Positions 1 to 8,719 of a DNA stretch of 32,000 bases are shown in pieces. The DNA is taken from NCBI RefSeq assembly GCF_000270205.1, contig NC_015913.1, positions 270,001-302,000 on the forward strand. Reading direction: 5' to 3'. The DNA comes from Candidatus Arthromitus sp. SFB-mouse-Japan. GTDB lineage: Bacteria; Bacillota; Clostridia; Clostridiales; Clostridiaceae. A program made the translations under genes and the position numbers. The notes under the pieces were generated by a model. That model ran no database searches, was not told where the DNA came from, and worked only from the letters and a program-made list of their open reading frames with translations. Positions within the stretch are counted from its first letter, which is position 1. Each line of letters starts with the position of its first letter.

Positions 1-1394
1 CTTTTAGTGCTGGAAGTTCAGGAGATTTAAAAATAAGTAATACATATAGTTTGTCTAATATTTATGAGAGTGAGCTTAGGAATCAGGTTTTTATATTTGA
101 TTCTAGAGATGATAATATTTTTAAGATTGATAAAAGAGAAGATGGATCGGTTGATATTATAAATTTGATTGATAATTACAAGTTGTATTTTGATGATAAT
201 TTAATGAAAACATATAAGGCGTATGAAGAAAACGGTGAAACTATAGGAGATAATCTTATAAATTTTAAGATGTATAGAGATCTAAGAGGAGGAAACTATG
301 TGTTTACTCCAAACAAGACGTTTGATATATATAAATTTTATGATATTAATGAAAATAAATTTTTGTCTTATGATTCGGGAACAAATATGTTTATTTTAAG
401 TGATTTTCCATCTGATTTTATATTAACGTCAGAGAATAGAATATTTGATATATCAAATAGGGTATTTATGAAAAAAAACAAATCAAAAGATAAGACTTAT
501 TATTATACGGGAGATGCTGAAATTGAAAATGGAGATATATTTAGGTTTAATGATATGTCATCTTCAATTTTAAAAAAGGTTACTTATGGTGAGATGAAGG
601 AGGAAATATTATCTTCAAATTATGTTCAAGTGATGTTTAAAAATAAAGAAACAGGTGAATTTTTAAGTGTAAATCCAAAAGATGGGGATGCGATGAATGA
701 AACATTATATAATGATTCGTATTTAAATGGATATTTTAATTATGAAAAAGGGATAAATGATTTAGGTAAGTTTATCTTTGAGATAAGAACAAACAATGAT
801 GATTTTACGACTTTTAATTTATATAATAAGCTTGTTGGAACTTCTGTTAGTACGGATTATGGATTTTTAAATAACAAATTAATTTTTGATAAGAATAAGA
901 ATAATAAGGTTAGATTTATTATTGAGAAAAATGATGGTCGTGATGATGAATTTAAAATAAAAGATGATTATGGAAGTTACTTATCTTTTAAGGATTCAGA
1001 TGATTTTGCTAGAGTTGTATCTTCTGGTTTTATGAAAAAATTCTTCAATATTGAAGATGAATTTGATGTATTTGAAATCTATATGCTTGATTTTAAACAG
1101 ATTGATAAGATTAATTCGGGGAATTACATATCGTTATCTTCTAAAGGTTTTAATGATAAATATTTTTTAGATAAGACGAGTACTGAAGATAAACAAATAG
1201 AATCTAAGGGGATTGATGAGTACATTGTATTTAGGAATAAGGAGCTTATATTTTTGGAGGGGGACTCACTTTTAAATGATATGGTGGGTATTAATAATTT
1301 TAAGGATATAAAAGGAATAAATACATCTATGTTTCCAACTACAAATACTGAAAATAAAGGATATAGGTTTAATATATTAAATGGAATCTATTAG
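1..1394 (+). CDS. C-terminal part of a larger hypothetical protein with repeated beta-rich modules (possibly beta-trefoil/fascin-like); 5' end lies outside the window
   Basis: The frame is open from nt 3 to the TAG at 1392-1394. The TTG at 51 used by the ORF track has no Shine-Dalgarno, so the gene very likely starts upstream of the window. The pattern hydrophobic-F-x-hydrophobic ... F-K-I ... Y-L-S recurs, e.g. VRFIIEKNDGRDDEFKIKDDYGSYLSF and DVFEIYMLDFKQIDKINSGNYISLSS. No catalytic motif was recognised. Confidence 0.6.
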   Translation, partial: FSAGSSGDLKISNTYSLSNIYESELRNQVFIFDSRDDNIFKIDKREDGSVDIINLIDNYKLYFDDNLMKTYKAYEENGETIGDNLINFKMYRDLRGGNYVFTPNKTFDIYKFYDINENKFLSYDSGTNMFILSDFPSDFILTSENRIFDISNRVFMKKNKSKDKTYYYTGDAEIENGDIFRFNDMSSSILKKVTYGEMKEEILSSNYVQVMFKNKETGEFLSVNPKDGDAMNETLYNDSYLNGYFNYEKGINDLGKFIFEIRTNNDDFTTFNLYNKLVGTSVSTDYGFLNNKLIFDKNKNNKVRFIIEKNDGRDDEFKIKDDYGSYLSFKDSDDFARVVSSGFMKKFFNIEDEFDVFEIYMLDFKQIDKINSGNYISLSSKGFNDKYFLDKTSTEDKQIESKGIDEYIVFRNKELIFLEGDSLLNDMVGINNFKDIKGINTSMFPTTNTENKGYRFNILNGIY

Positions 1395-1432
1395 TTATGT
1401 TTGCTTATAAATTACAAAAAGGTTAAAAACTA

Positions 1433-1461
1433 TTGAAGGCAAATATGAAATATTATATAAT
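1433..1461 (+). promoter_or_regulatory. Sigma-A-type promoter candidate (TTGAAG-17 nt-TATAAT) for the two small membrane-protein genes
   Basis: TTGAAG lies at 1433-1438, followed by an exact 17-nt spacer and TATAAT at 1456-1461. It sits in the intergenic region after the stop at 1394. Confidence 0.45.
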
Positions 1462-1527
1462 ATTGTTAATATATCGTAAATTATAGTTTCTTAAATTTGA
1501 ATAAATTATATGGTAGGAGGGATTGTT

Positions 1528-1743
1528 TTGGCTGTTGGAAGAGGAGTTAGTATGAGTACAGCTATAGTGACTGGATTTTTAAGTCTTGCGACTGTAGTTG
1601 GATTTTCGGTAGGACTCGGAATTGAAGGGAATAAAAGTACGTTAAGAGATACCGAACTTGATAGATTAAGAAGAGAAATAAAGACTGTTGAGGATATAAC
1701 TAAAGATATAAATGTAACGCCACCAAATGGATTTATTAATTAA
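1528..1743 (+). CDS. Small single-pass membrane protein (about 64-72 aa), paralog of the next gene
   Basis: AGGAGG at 1515-1520 is followed 7 nt later by an in-frame TTG at 1528. An alternative ATG at 1552 is preceded by GAGGAG. The track's ATG at 1510 contains the SD itself and is unlikely. The protein has a hydrophobic N-terminal helix (AIVTGFLSLATVVGFSVGLGI) followed by a charged helical segment. Confidence 0.55.
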   Translation: MAVGRGVSMSTAIVTGFLSLATVVGFSVGLGIEGNKSTLRDTELDRLRREIKTVEDITKDINVTPPNGFIN

Positions 1744-1765
1744 TATAAGTAGGGGGTGATAATAA

Positions 1766-1987
1766 ATGCAAGTGCGTTGGTTAATTGGAGGGATTGGAGT
1801 ATTTACTACGTTAAGTTTAGCTGCTGCCTTAGCTGGAGTTGGAATTACGAATCAATCTAAATTAGATGAGATAGAAAAAAAGAAGTTGGAGCTTAATGCA
1901 AAAGAGGGAGTATATCCACCACCGGAATCTAGGGTTTTAAGAAGTCCATCTTCTCCTGCATATCCATCACCTGGATATGAAAATTAG
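1766..1987 (+). CDS. Small single-pass membrane protein (73 aa) with a Pro/Ser-rich tail
   Basis: AGGGGGTG SD lies 7-8 nt upstream of the ATG. It has an N-terminal TM helix (WLIGGIGVFTTLSLAAALAGVGI). The juxtamembrane segment GITNQSKLDEIEKKK resembles GIEGNKSTLRDTELDR of the preceding ORF. Confidence 0.6.
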   Translation: MQVRWLIGGIGVFTTLSLAAALAGVGITNQSKLDEIEKKKLELNAKEGVYPPPESRVLRSPSSPAYPSPGYEN

Positions 1988-2019
1988 TAATTTAAACATA
2001 TTATAAAATTTCTACATAA

Positions 2020-2048
2020 TTGACAATTTTTGAGTATGAACTTATAAT
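2020..2048 (+). promoter_or_regulatory. Consensus sigma-A promoter (TTGACA-17 nt-TATAAT) upstream of ileS
   Basis: TTGACA at 2020-2025, a 17-nt spacer and TATAAT at 2043-2048; both hexamers match consensus perfectly. Confidence 0.55.
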
Positions 2049-2064
2049 TTTAGAAAAATGATTT

Positions 2065-2101
2065 AAATACTTCACCTTATTTGTTAAGGTGAAGTATTTT
2101 T
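2065..2101 (+). terminator. Intrinsic-terminator-like hairpin in the ileS leader (possible attenuator)
   Basis: A perfect 15-bp stem, AAATACTTCACCTTA (2065-2079) paired with TAAGGTGAAGTATTT (2085-2099), with a 5-nt loop TTTGT and a following T-rich run. It lies downstream of the consensus promoter and 27 nt upstream of the ileS ATG. Confidence 0.5.
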
Positions 2102-2127
2102 AATTTAAATATTAGCTTGGAGGGTTT

Positions 2128-5100
2128 ATGTATAAAAAGGTCGAATCTAATGCTCCTATGAGTCAAATAGATAAAAATATACTAGATTTTTGGGTAAAGA
2201 ACAATATTGTAAAGAAGAACTTTGATAGAAATGAAGATGGTGAATATTTCAGCTTTTATGATGGTCCACCAACAGCTAATGGTAAACCACACATAGGTCA
2301 TGTCATAACAAGGGTTATTAAAGATATAATACCTAGGTATAAGGTTATGAAGGGCTATAAGGTTTTGAGAAAAGCTGGATGGGATACCCATGGCCTTCCT
2401 GTTGAACTTGAGATTGAGAAGAAACTTTCTATTTCAGGTAAGAAAGAAATAGAGGATTTTGGTGTAAATAAGTTTGTTTTAGAATGTAAAAATAACGTGT
2501 TTAAATATGTTGAAATGTGGGAAGAAATGTCCAAGAAGATTGGATATTGGGTAGATATGGAAAATCCATATGTAACATATCAGAATAATTACATAGAGTC
2601 TGTTTGGTGGGCACTCAAAACAATGTGGGGTAAGGATTTGCTTTATAAAGGACATAAGATTCTTCCGTATTGTTCAAGGTGTGGAACTGGTCTTTCTTCT
2701 CATGAGGTTGCTCAAGGATATAAAGATGTTAAGGATAATACAGTAGTTGTTAAATTTAAGGTTAAGGGGTTTAACAATAAGTACATATTGGCTTGGACAA
2801 CAACTCCTTGGACCCTTCCATCTAATACAGCTCTTGCGATAAATAGAGCTTATACATATGTTGAAGTTTCTGTAAACGATGAGATTTATATATTAGCAAA
2901 AGACCTTTTAAAAGTTTTGGGCGATACAGAGTATGAAATCATAAGTGAGTTTAAGGGAGATAAACTCGAAGGAATTGATTATGAGCAATTATTTACTTAT
3001 ATAAGACCAGAGGGTCGTGGTTTTTATGTAGTTCATGCAGATTATGTAACATTATCTGATGGAACGGGTATTGTACACATAGCTCCTGCATTTGGGGAAG
3101 ATGATAACAAAGTTGGTCAGAAAAATAATTTGCCTTTTATAAATCCTGTCGATCTTCAAGGTAAATTTACAGATGAAATAAGTGACTTTAGTGGAACGTT
3201 TGTAAAAGATTGTGACCTTAAGATAATTAAGCTGCTAGAAGAGAGAGGTATGCTTTTTAAAAATGAAAAATATATGCACGCATATCCTCACTGCTGGAGA
3301 TGTGATACACCTCTTTTGTATTATCCAAAAGATAGTTGGTACATTAAGATGACTTCAATTAAAGATGATTTGCTCAAAAATAATGATAAGGTTTCATGGT
3401 ATCCAGATAATATAAGGACAGGAAGATTTGGAAACTTTTTAGAGAACGTTATAGATTGGAGTATATCAAGAGATAGATATTGGGGAACTCCACTTCCTAT
3501 TTGGGAATGCGAATGTTTGCATAGAGATTGCATTGGTTCTATAGAGGAGCTTAAAGAGAAAGGAATAAATGTTCCAGATGATATAGAATTGCATAAACCA
3601 TTTATAGATGATATTAAGCTTAAATGTGAAAAGTGCGGGGGAGAGATGACTCGTACAAAAGAAGTTATAGATTGCTGGTTTGATTCAGGTAGTATGCCTT
3701 TTGCTCAATATCATTATCCATTTGAAAATAAGGAATTATTTGAGAAAAATTTTCCAGCTCAATTTATATCAGAAGCTGTTGATCAGACTAGAGGCTGGTT
3801 TTATACTTTAATGGCTATATCTACAGCTATTTTTGATAAAAATCCATTTGAGAATTGTGTAGTTTTAGGACACGTTTTAGATAAGCATGGGAAGAAAATG
3901 TCTAAGCATTTAGGAAATGTTGTTGACCCAAATGAAGTTATTGATTCTCAAGGAGCTGATGCTGTTAGATGGCATTTTTATACATCGAGTTATCCATGGC
4001 TTCCATCAAGATTTTCAGAAGATGATGTAAAAGAAGTTCATAAGAGATTTTTATCAACATATTGGAATGTATATTCTTTTTATGTTCTTTATGCGAATTT
4101 AGATAAATTTAATCCAAATGATTATAAAGACTACGATGTATCAAACATTATGGATAGATGGATATTATCAAAATTAAATACTTTGATTAAAGAAGTAGAT
4201 GAAATGCTTGATTCTTATAAGATAACTAATGCAGCTTATAAAATAGAAACTTTTGTTGATGAGCTTTCAAATTGGTATGTAAGGCGTAATAGATCAAGAT
4301 ATTGGACAAATGGTTTTGATGAAGATAAGATAAGTGCCTTTATGACACTTTATTTAGTTTTAATTGATTTATCTAAAATATTAGCTCCATTTATCCCATT
4401 TATAACAGAGGAAATTTATCAAAATCTTGTAAGGAATTTTGATAAAGATTCAAAAGAGAGTATACATTTGTGCGATTTTCCTAAATGTAATTACGATTTA
4501 ATCGATAAAGAACTTGAGAGTAGAATGGACCTCGCATACAAAATAGTTAAGCTTGGAAGAAGTGCAAGAAATAATGCTAATATTAAAAATAGGCAACCAC
4601 TTCAAAAGATACTTGTGAGTGGGGAAGATTTAGAAGTTTATTACCATTCTATTATAAAAGATGAGCTCAATATAAAAGAAATTGAATTTAATGCTAATGT
4701 AAGTAAGTATGTAAGTTTCAATCTTAAACCAAACTTACCTGTATTAGGGAAAGATTATGGTAGATATATTCCTATAATTAGGGAATTTTTATCAAAGAGT
4801 AATCAAATGGAATTATCATTAAAACTTAAAGATGGTGAGAGCATAGAGATTGACTTGGGGGATAATAAGGTTTCTTTAAATAAAGATAATGTATTAATTA
4901 CAATGGATGGATTAGAAGGATATGCATTCTCTGGAGAAGGAACTATTGGGGTTGTACTAGATACTACTATTACAGATATATTAAGAGAAGAAGGGTTTGT
5001 ACGCGAAATAATAAGTAAGATACAAAACTTAAGAAAAGAAAAGGGATTTGAAGTAAGTGATAAGATTAATATTTATGTAAAAGATAGTTTTAATTTAATC

Positions 5101-5244
5101 AATATAATCGATAAATATAAGGAGATTATACAAAGAGAAACGTTAACTCTTAACATTTATTTTAATGAAGATAAATTAGGTTTGAATTATGTAGATTTAA
5201 ATATTAATAAGGAAGCTTTAGTTTTAGATGTTTTAAGGGTGTAA
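2128..5244 (+). CDS. ileS: Isoleucine--tRNA ligase, type 2 (long C-terminal extension form)
   Basis: 1038 aa. It has the HIGH-class motif PHIGHV near the N-terminus, KMSKS-class motif KMSKH ([14 protein letters not shown]), an editing-domain insertion ([11 protein letters not shown]) and Cys pairs (CSRCG, CWRCD, CEKCG). GGAGGG SD precedes the ATG. Confidence 0.97.
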   Translation: MYKKVESNAPMSQIDKNILDFWVKNNIVKKNFDRNEDGEYFSFYDGPPTANGKPHIGHVITRVIKDIIPRYKVMKGYKVLRKAGWDTHGLPVELEIEKKLSISGKKEIEDFGVNKFVLECKNNVFKYVEMWEEMSKKIGYWVDMENPYVTYQNNYIESVWWALKTMWGKDLLYKGHKILPYCSRCGTGLSSHEVAQGYKDVKDNTVVVKFKVKGFNNKYILAWTTTPWTLPSNTALAINRAYTYVEVSVNDEIYILAKDLLKVLGDTEYEIISEFKGDKLEGIDYEQLFTYIRPEGRGFYVVHADYVTLSDGTGIVHIAPAFGEDDNKVGQKNNLPFINPVDLQGKFTDEISDFSGTFVKDCDLKIIKLLEERGMLFKNEKYMHAYPHCWRCDTPLLYYPKDSWYIKMTSIKDDLLKNNDKVSWYPDNIRTGRFGNFLENVIDWSISRDRYWGTPLPIWECECLHRDCIGSIEELKEKGINVPDDIELHKPFIDDIKLKCEKCGGEMTRTKEVIDCWFDSGSMPFAQYHYPFENKELFEKNFPAQFISEAVDQTRGWFYTLMAISTAIFDKNPFENCVVLGHVLDKHGKKMSKHLGNVVDPNEVIDSQGADAVRWHFYTSSYPWLPSRFSEDDVKEVHKRFLSTYWNVYSFYVLYANLDKFNPNDYKDYDVSNIMDRWILSKLNTLIKEVDEMLDSYKITNAAYKIETFVDELSNWYVRRNRSRYWTNGFDEDKISAFMTLYLVLIDLSKILAPFIPFITEEIYQNLVRNFDKDSKESIHLCDFPKCNYDLIDKELESRMDLAYKIVKLGRSARNNANIKNRQPLQKILVSGEDLEVYYHSIIKDELNIKEIEFNANVSKYVSFNLKPNLPVLGKDYGRYIPIIREFLSKSNQMELSLKLKDGESIEIDLGDNKVSLNKDNVLITMDGLEGYAFSGEGTIGVVLDTTITDILREEGFVREIISKIQNLRKEKGFEVSDKINIYVKDSFNLINIIDKYKEIIQRETLTLNIYFNEDKLGLNYVDLNINKEALVLDVLRV

Positions 5245-5287
5245 AATTTTTAGAAAGGATTAAGTTACCAAGTGTAGCGATTGTATT

Positions 5288-6286
5288 ATGGCTATTTCAA
5301 TTAAGGATGTTGCGAAAGAAGCAGGAGTATCCATTGCAACTGTTTCAAGAGTTTTAAATGGAATTGAAGTTGTAAATGAAGATACTCAAAAAAGAGTAAG
5401 AGAAGCAGTAGTTAAATTAGGATACAGGCCAAATATTATAGCAAGAAGTCTGAAAACACAAAGAACGAGGACAGTAGGTATTTTAATCCCTGATATATCT
5501 AATTCATTATATCCAGAGATAGTTAGAGGAATCGAGGATGTTGCAAATATTTATAATTATAATATAATTCTATGTAACTCAGATTTAAATCTGGATAAAG
5601 AAAAGGAATATATTTATATTCTTAAGGAGAAAATGGTTGACGGCATTTTGTTTATGAGTAATTCTCTTGAGGATATGTGTTTGGATATTATACAGAAATT
5701 AGATATAAAGACAGTTTTAATAGAAACTACAGTTTATAATAAAAATATTCCAAATATAACAATAGATAATATTAAAGCAGCAAATGAAGCTGTAAATAAA
5801 CTTATATCAAATGGAAGACGAAGGATATTATACATAGGGGATCATAAAGATACTTTAAATGCATCAGCCTATAGATATAAGGGTTATATTAAAGCTTTAG
5901 AAGAAAATAGTATTGAGATAAACAAGGAACTTATATGTTTTTGTAAGCCATTTTTAAATAATGGATATGAGTATATACAAAAGAAAATTAAAGGTGGCAT
6001 TTCTTTTGATGGGGTATTTTGTACATGTGATGAACTTGCCATAGGGGCGATGGATGCACTTCGTGAAAATGGAGTTAATATCCCTCAGGAGTGTGAGGTT
6101 ATAGGATTTAATAATATTTTAATGTCATCGGCATTTTCTCCAAAGTTAACAACAATTGATACGGCAAGCTATGATTTAGGATCCATTGGTATGAGAACAC
6201 TCATAAAGATAATTAATAATGAACAAATAGATGGTTTCAATTATGTAGTTCCATATAATTTAATAGAAAGAGAGAGTACAAGATAA
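5288..6286 (+). CDS. LacI-family transcriptional regulator (CcpA-like)
   Basis: The N-terminal HTH is IKDVAKEAGVSIATVSRVLNG. It is followed by a periplasmic-binding-protein-like sugar-binding fold (TVGILIPDISNSLYPEIVRGIEDVANIYNYNIILCNSD), which closely resembles CcpA/LacI family members. Assignment as CcpA itself is not proven. Confidence 0.9.
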   Translation: MAISIKDVAKEAGVSIATVSRVLNGIEVVNEDTQKRVREAVVKLGYRPNIIARSLKTQRTRTVGILIPDISNSLYPEIVRGIEDVANIYNYNIILCNSDLNLDKEKEYIYILKEKMVDGILFMSNSLEDMCLDIIQKLDIKTVLIETTVYNKNIPNITIDNIKAANEAVNKLISNGRRRILYIGDHKDTLNASAYRYKGYIKALEENSIEINKELICFCKPFLNNGYEYIQKKIKGGISFDGVFCTCDELAIGAMDALRENGVNIPQECEVIGFNNILMSSAFSPKLTTIDTASYDLGSIGMRTLIKIINNEQIDGFNYVVPYNLIERESTR

Positions 6287-6306
6287 TTGTACTCTCTTCT
6301 TTTTTA
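6271..6306 (+). terminator. Rho-independent terminator after the LacI-family gene
   Basis: A 10-bp stem, AGAGAGTACA (6271-6280) paired with TGTACTCTCT (6288-6297), followed by TCTTTTTTT. Confidence 0.6.
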
Positions 6307-6362
6307 ACATAAAAACTTAATAAGAAAAATAAAATTATCTTAAAAAGGAGCGAGGTGATTAT

Positions 6363-6935
6363 TTGATAAATTATATTTGGTTTTTTATGATAGGATCGGG
6401 ACTTATTTATTCATTGATAGGGAATAATGGTGATAAAATAAGTAAATCGATCGTGGATTCTACATCATCAACAGTAACGTTAATTATTTCTCTTATAGGT
6501 GTTATGTGTTTGTGGTGTGGAATTATGAAGATAGCAGAGGAAAGTGGCCTCACAAAGAAACTTGCAAGCATATTAAGACCAATGCTTAGGCTTTTATTTA
6601 AAGAAAAGAATAATGAAAAGGTTATGGGACCTGTTGTTATGAATTTAACTGCTAATATATTAGGACTTGGAAATGCAGCAACACCATTTGGAATTAAAGC
6701 TATGGAGGAACTTGATGTGGTCAATGAAAATAAACATGTTGCATCGAATGATATGGCTTTATTTTTAGTACTTAATGCTAATTGTATACAGCTTTTTCCT
6801 ACTACTATTTTATCTATAAGAAGTATGGCTGGGTCTGTAGATCATAGTGGAGTTATGCTTGGAATTATTGTAACAACATTTTTAACTAGTATTATATCGA
6901 TAATCATATGCAAGTTACTTCAGAGAGTATTTTAG
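6363..6935 (+). CDS. spmA: Spore maturation protein A (nucleoside-recognition/Gate domain membrane protein)
   Basis: 190 aa and polytopic. The N-terminus MINYIWFFMIGSGLIYS and the GVMCLWCGIMKIAEESGL motif are typical of SpmA. It is paired with an SpmB-like gene immediately downstream. TTG start with GAGGTGA SD. Confidence 0.85.
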   Translation: MINYIWFFMIGSGLIYSLIGNNGDKISKSIVDSTSSTVTLIISLIGVMCLWCGIMKIAEESGLTKKLASILRPMLRLLFKEKNNEKVMGPVVMNLTANILGLGNAATPFGIKAMEELDVVNENKHVASNDMALFLVLNANCIQLFPTTILSIRSMAGSVDHSGVMLGIIVTTFLTSIISIIICKLLQRVF

Positions 6936-6945
6936 GAGGGATTTA

Positions 6946-7470
6946 ATGAGTTTTTTATCGTCGTCATTTATTCCGCTTATAATATTGTTTATTGTTGGAT
7001 ATGGGGTAATTAAAAAAGTTAAGGTTTATGAGGTGTTTGTTGAAGGGGCTAAAGATGGTCTTAAAATTTGTAAAAACATATTTCCATATCTTTTGTGCAT
7101 GCTACTTGCTATAAAAGTTTTTAGAGATTCAGGCATGCTTGATTACATAGTAAATCTTATTAAACCTTTTTTAGATATGATAGGTATACCAGCTGAGGTT
7201 ATTACACAGATTTTTGTAAAACCATTATCAGGAAGTGGTGCGTTAGGTATATATACAGATAATATTAAGACATTTGGTCCAGATTCTTATTTAGGAGTGC
7301 TGACATCTGTGCTCATGGGATCGACAGAAACAATATTTTATACAATAGCACTTTATTTTGGATGCGTTAAAATTAAAAAAATAAGACATACTTTATGGAC
7401 GGCTATATTTTCCGAGATAATAGGTATTATTATTGCGATAAATATTACTAAAATAATATTTTTTAATTAA
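6946..7470 (+). CDS. spmB: Spore maturation protein B
   Basis: 174-aa membrane protein directly after spmA, with a 10-nt gap and AGGAGGG SD. The motifs FVKPLSGSGALG and GSTETIFYTIALYFG are typical of SpmB. Confidence 0.85.
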   Translation: MSFLSSSFIPLIILFIVGYGVIKKVKVYEVFVEGAKDGLKICKNIFPYLLCMLLAIKVFRDSGMLDYIVNLIKPFLDMIGIPAEVITQIFVKPLSGSGALGIYTDNIKTFGPDSYLGVLTSVLMGSTETIFYTIALYFGCVKIKKIRHTLWTAIFSEIIGIIIAINITKIIFFN

Positions 7471-7557
7471 ACATAAAAAATAAATAAAACACATAAATTT
7501 AAGTAGGGTTTTTTAATATTGTACCAATGAGAATTAAGTTTAAGGAGATGTATTCCT

Positions 7558-7761
7558 TTGAAAGTAATAAAAAGTTTTCTTATGATAGTTGGATTACTTA
7601 CTTGTTTTGTTGGTGTTGAACCTATACAGGATTTTTTAATAGGGAGTAGAAAACTTATTCTAACCTTTATTATAAAGGTATTTCAAACTACTATTTCTTG
7701 TTTTTTATTTTTAACTATGACTTCATTTGCTATTAATGGATTTATGGGAGTTTATATATGA
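7558..7761 (+). CDS. Small hypothetical two-TM membrane protein
   Basis: TTG start 10 nt after TAAGGAG. Two hydrophobic helices. Its stop overlaps the next ATG (ATGA, 7758-7761), suggesting translational coupling. No homology was recognised. Confidence 0.4.
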   Translation: MKVIKSFLMIVGLLTCFVGVEPIQDFLIGSRKLILTFIIKVFQTTISCFLFLTMTSFAINGFMGVYI

Positions 7762-8405
7762 AGAGTAGTGGATTAAAGGTAATTAGAAATGATGATTATG
7801 ATAAATTTTTAGATTTAAAGAGTGGAAATGGGAAAAAACAAAAGGATTTAATTAAATTTGGATTATTTATTGCTTTATTTTTATTTATGTTTGGTATAAT
7901 ATTTTTCGCGAAAAATAGAATAGACACTTACAAAAATTTAGGAGAAGATTTGAATTTTCAGAAACAAAAAATTATGGAAGAACGTATGATTATGGAGAGG
8001 ACATTAAAAGAAGAAAGAGAAAGGTTGTCAGCTCTTCAACTTGAGTATGAAAATAAAAATAAAGAGTTAGATAACAAATTGGAATCTATTAAAGAAAAAC
8101 AGATAGAGTTTGATAATGAACTTAAGAAGGTTTATGAGCTTCGGGATATACTTAAGAATCAATTGGTTGAAATATATAATTTTAATATAGATAACATACA
8201 TGGATTAACAAATGATAATGAGGATTTGAGTAGTTCAAATAAATTAATAGATGATAGTGATAATACAGAAAATCCTATACATACAAGTACTTTTATGGGA
8301 AAAGATGACAATGATGTACTTAATGATGTGGGAGAAAAAATACTTGGAGTTGCATATCCAGATTGGTTTATAAAATTCAATTCTTTAGGGGAATTTAGAT
8401 ATTAA
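7758..8405 (+). CDS. Hypothetical bitopic membrane protein with a coiled coil and an acidic C-terminus
   Basis: 215 aa. It has one TM helix (LIKFGLFIALFLFMFGIIFFA), then an E/K/L-rich heptad-like region (ERERLSALQLEYENKNKELDNKLESIKEKQIEFDNELKK), then a D/N/S-rich tail. Confidence 0.6.
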   Translation: MKSSGLKVIRNDDYDKFLDLKSGNGKKQKDLIKFGLFIALFLFMFGIIFFAKNRIDTYKNLGEDLNFQKQKIMEERMIMERTLKEERERLSALQLEYENKNKELDNKLESIKEKQIEFDNELKKVYELRDILKNQLVEIYNFNIDNIHGLTNDNEDLSSSNKLIDDSDNTENPIHTSTFMGKDDNDVLNDVGEKILGVAYPDWFIKFNSLGEFRY

Positions 8406-8423
8406 TTATTAAGGTGGTTTATA

Positions 8424-8549
8424 ATGACAATAAGAGATATAAAAAATGATATCGAACAAGGTTTGCGTGAGATGAGTGCAAAAGAGAGACTTCAGTTTTA
8501 TGTTACGGTTGGTATAGGAATATTTTTTATATTAGCAGTTATATTTTAA
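8424..8549 (+). CDS. Unlisted 41-aa ORF, tail-anchored mini membrane protein (MTIRDIKNDIEQGLREMSAKERLQFYVTVGIGIFFILAVIF)
   Basis: Not in the ORF track because it is under the size cutoff. AAGGTGG SD at 8411-8417 lies 6 nt upstream of the ATG at 8424, and the TAA is at 8547-8549. It is immediately followed by a terminator hairpin and has a C-terminal hydrophobic helix. Confidence 0.45.
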   Translation: MTIRDIKNDIEQGLREMSAKERLQFYVTVGIGIFFILAVIF

Positions 8550-8582
8550 GGGCAATATTTTTGCCCTTAAAAATTTTTTTTG
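8548..8582 (+). terminator. Terminator hairpin closing the 7558-8549 operon
   Basis: AAGGGCAA (8548-8555) pairs with TTGCCCTT (8561-8568), followed by A5 and then a T9 run. Confidence 0.55.
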
Positions 8583-8719
8583 TAAGGATTTACTTTATAC
8601 ATATTCTTTATAATTATAGAAAATATTTTATTCATGATATAATATCTATGTTTCGGTAGATAAAATGAGATATTATATTTTTATGGTATTATTTTTAATT
8701 TTATATAGGAGGGGTAATT

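Noticed and set aside
1990-2127. Expected a T-box riboswitch upstream of ileS
   Set aside because: The gap is only 140 nt. I cannot find the conserved T-box sequence or a specifier/antiterminator architecture; only a promoter-like element and a simple hairpin are present (see the ileS leader finding).
2182-3533. Minus-strand ORFs 2182..2391 and 3321..3533 from the track
   Set aside because: They lie entirely antisense within the well-supported ileS CDS. They have no SD and a low-complexity, hydrophobic composition typical of shadow ORFs.
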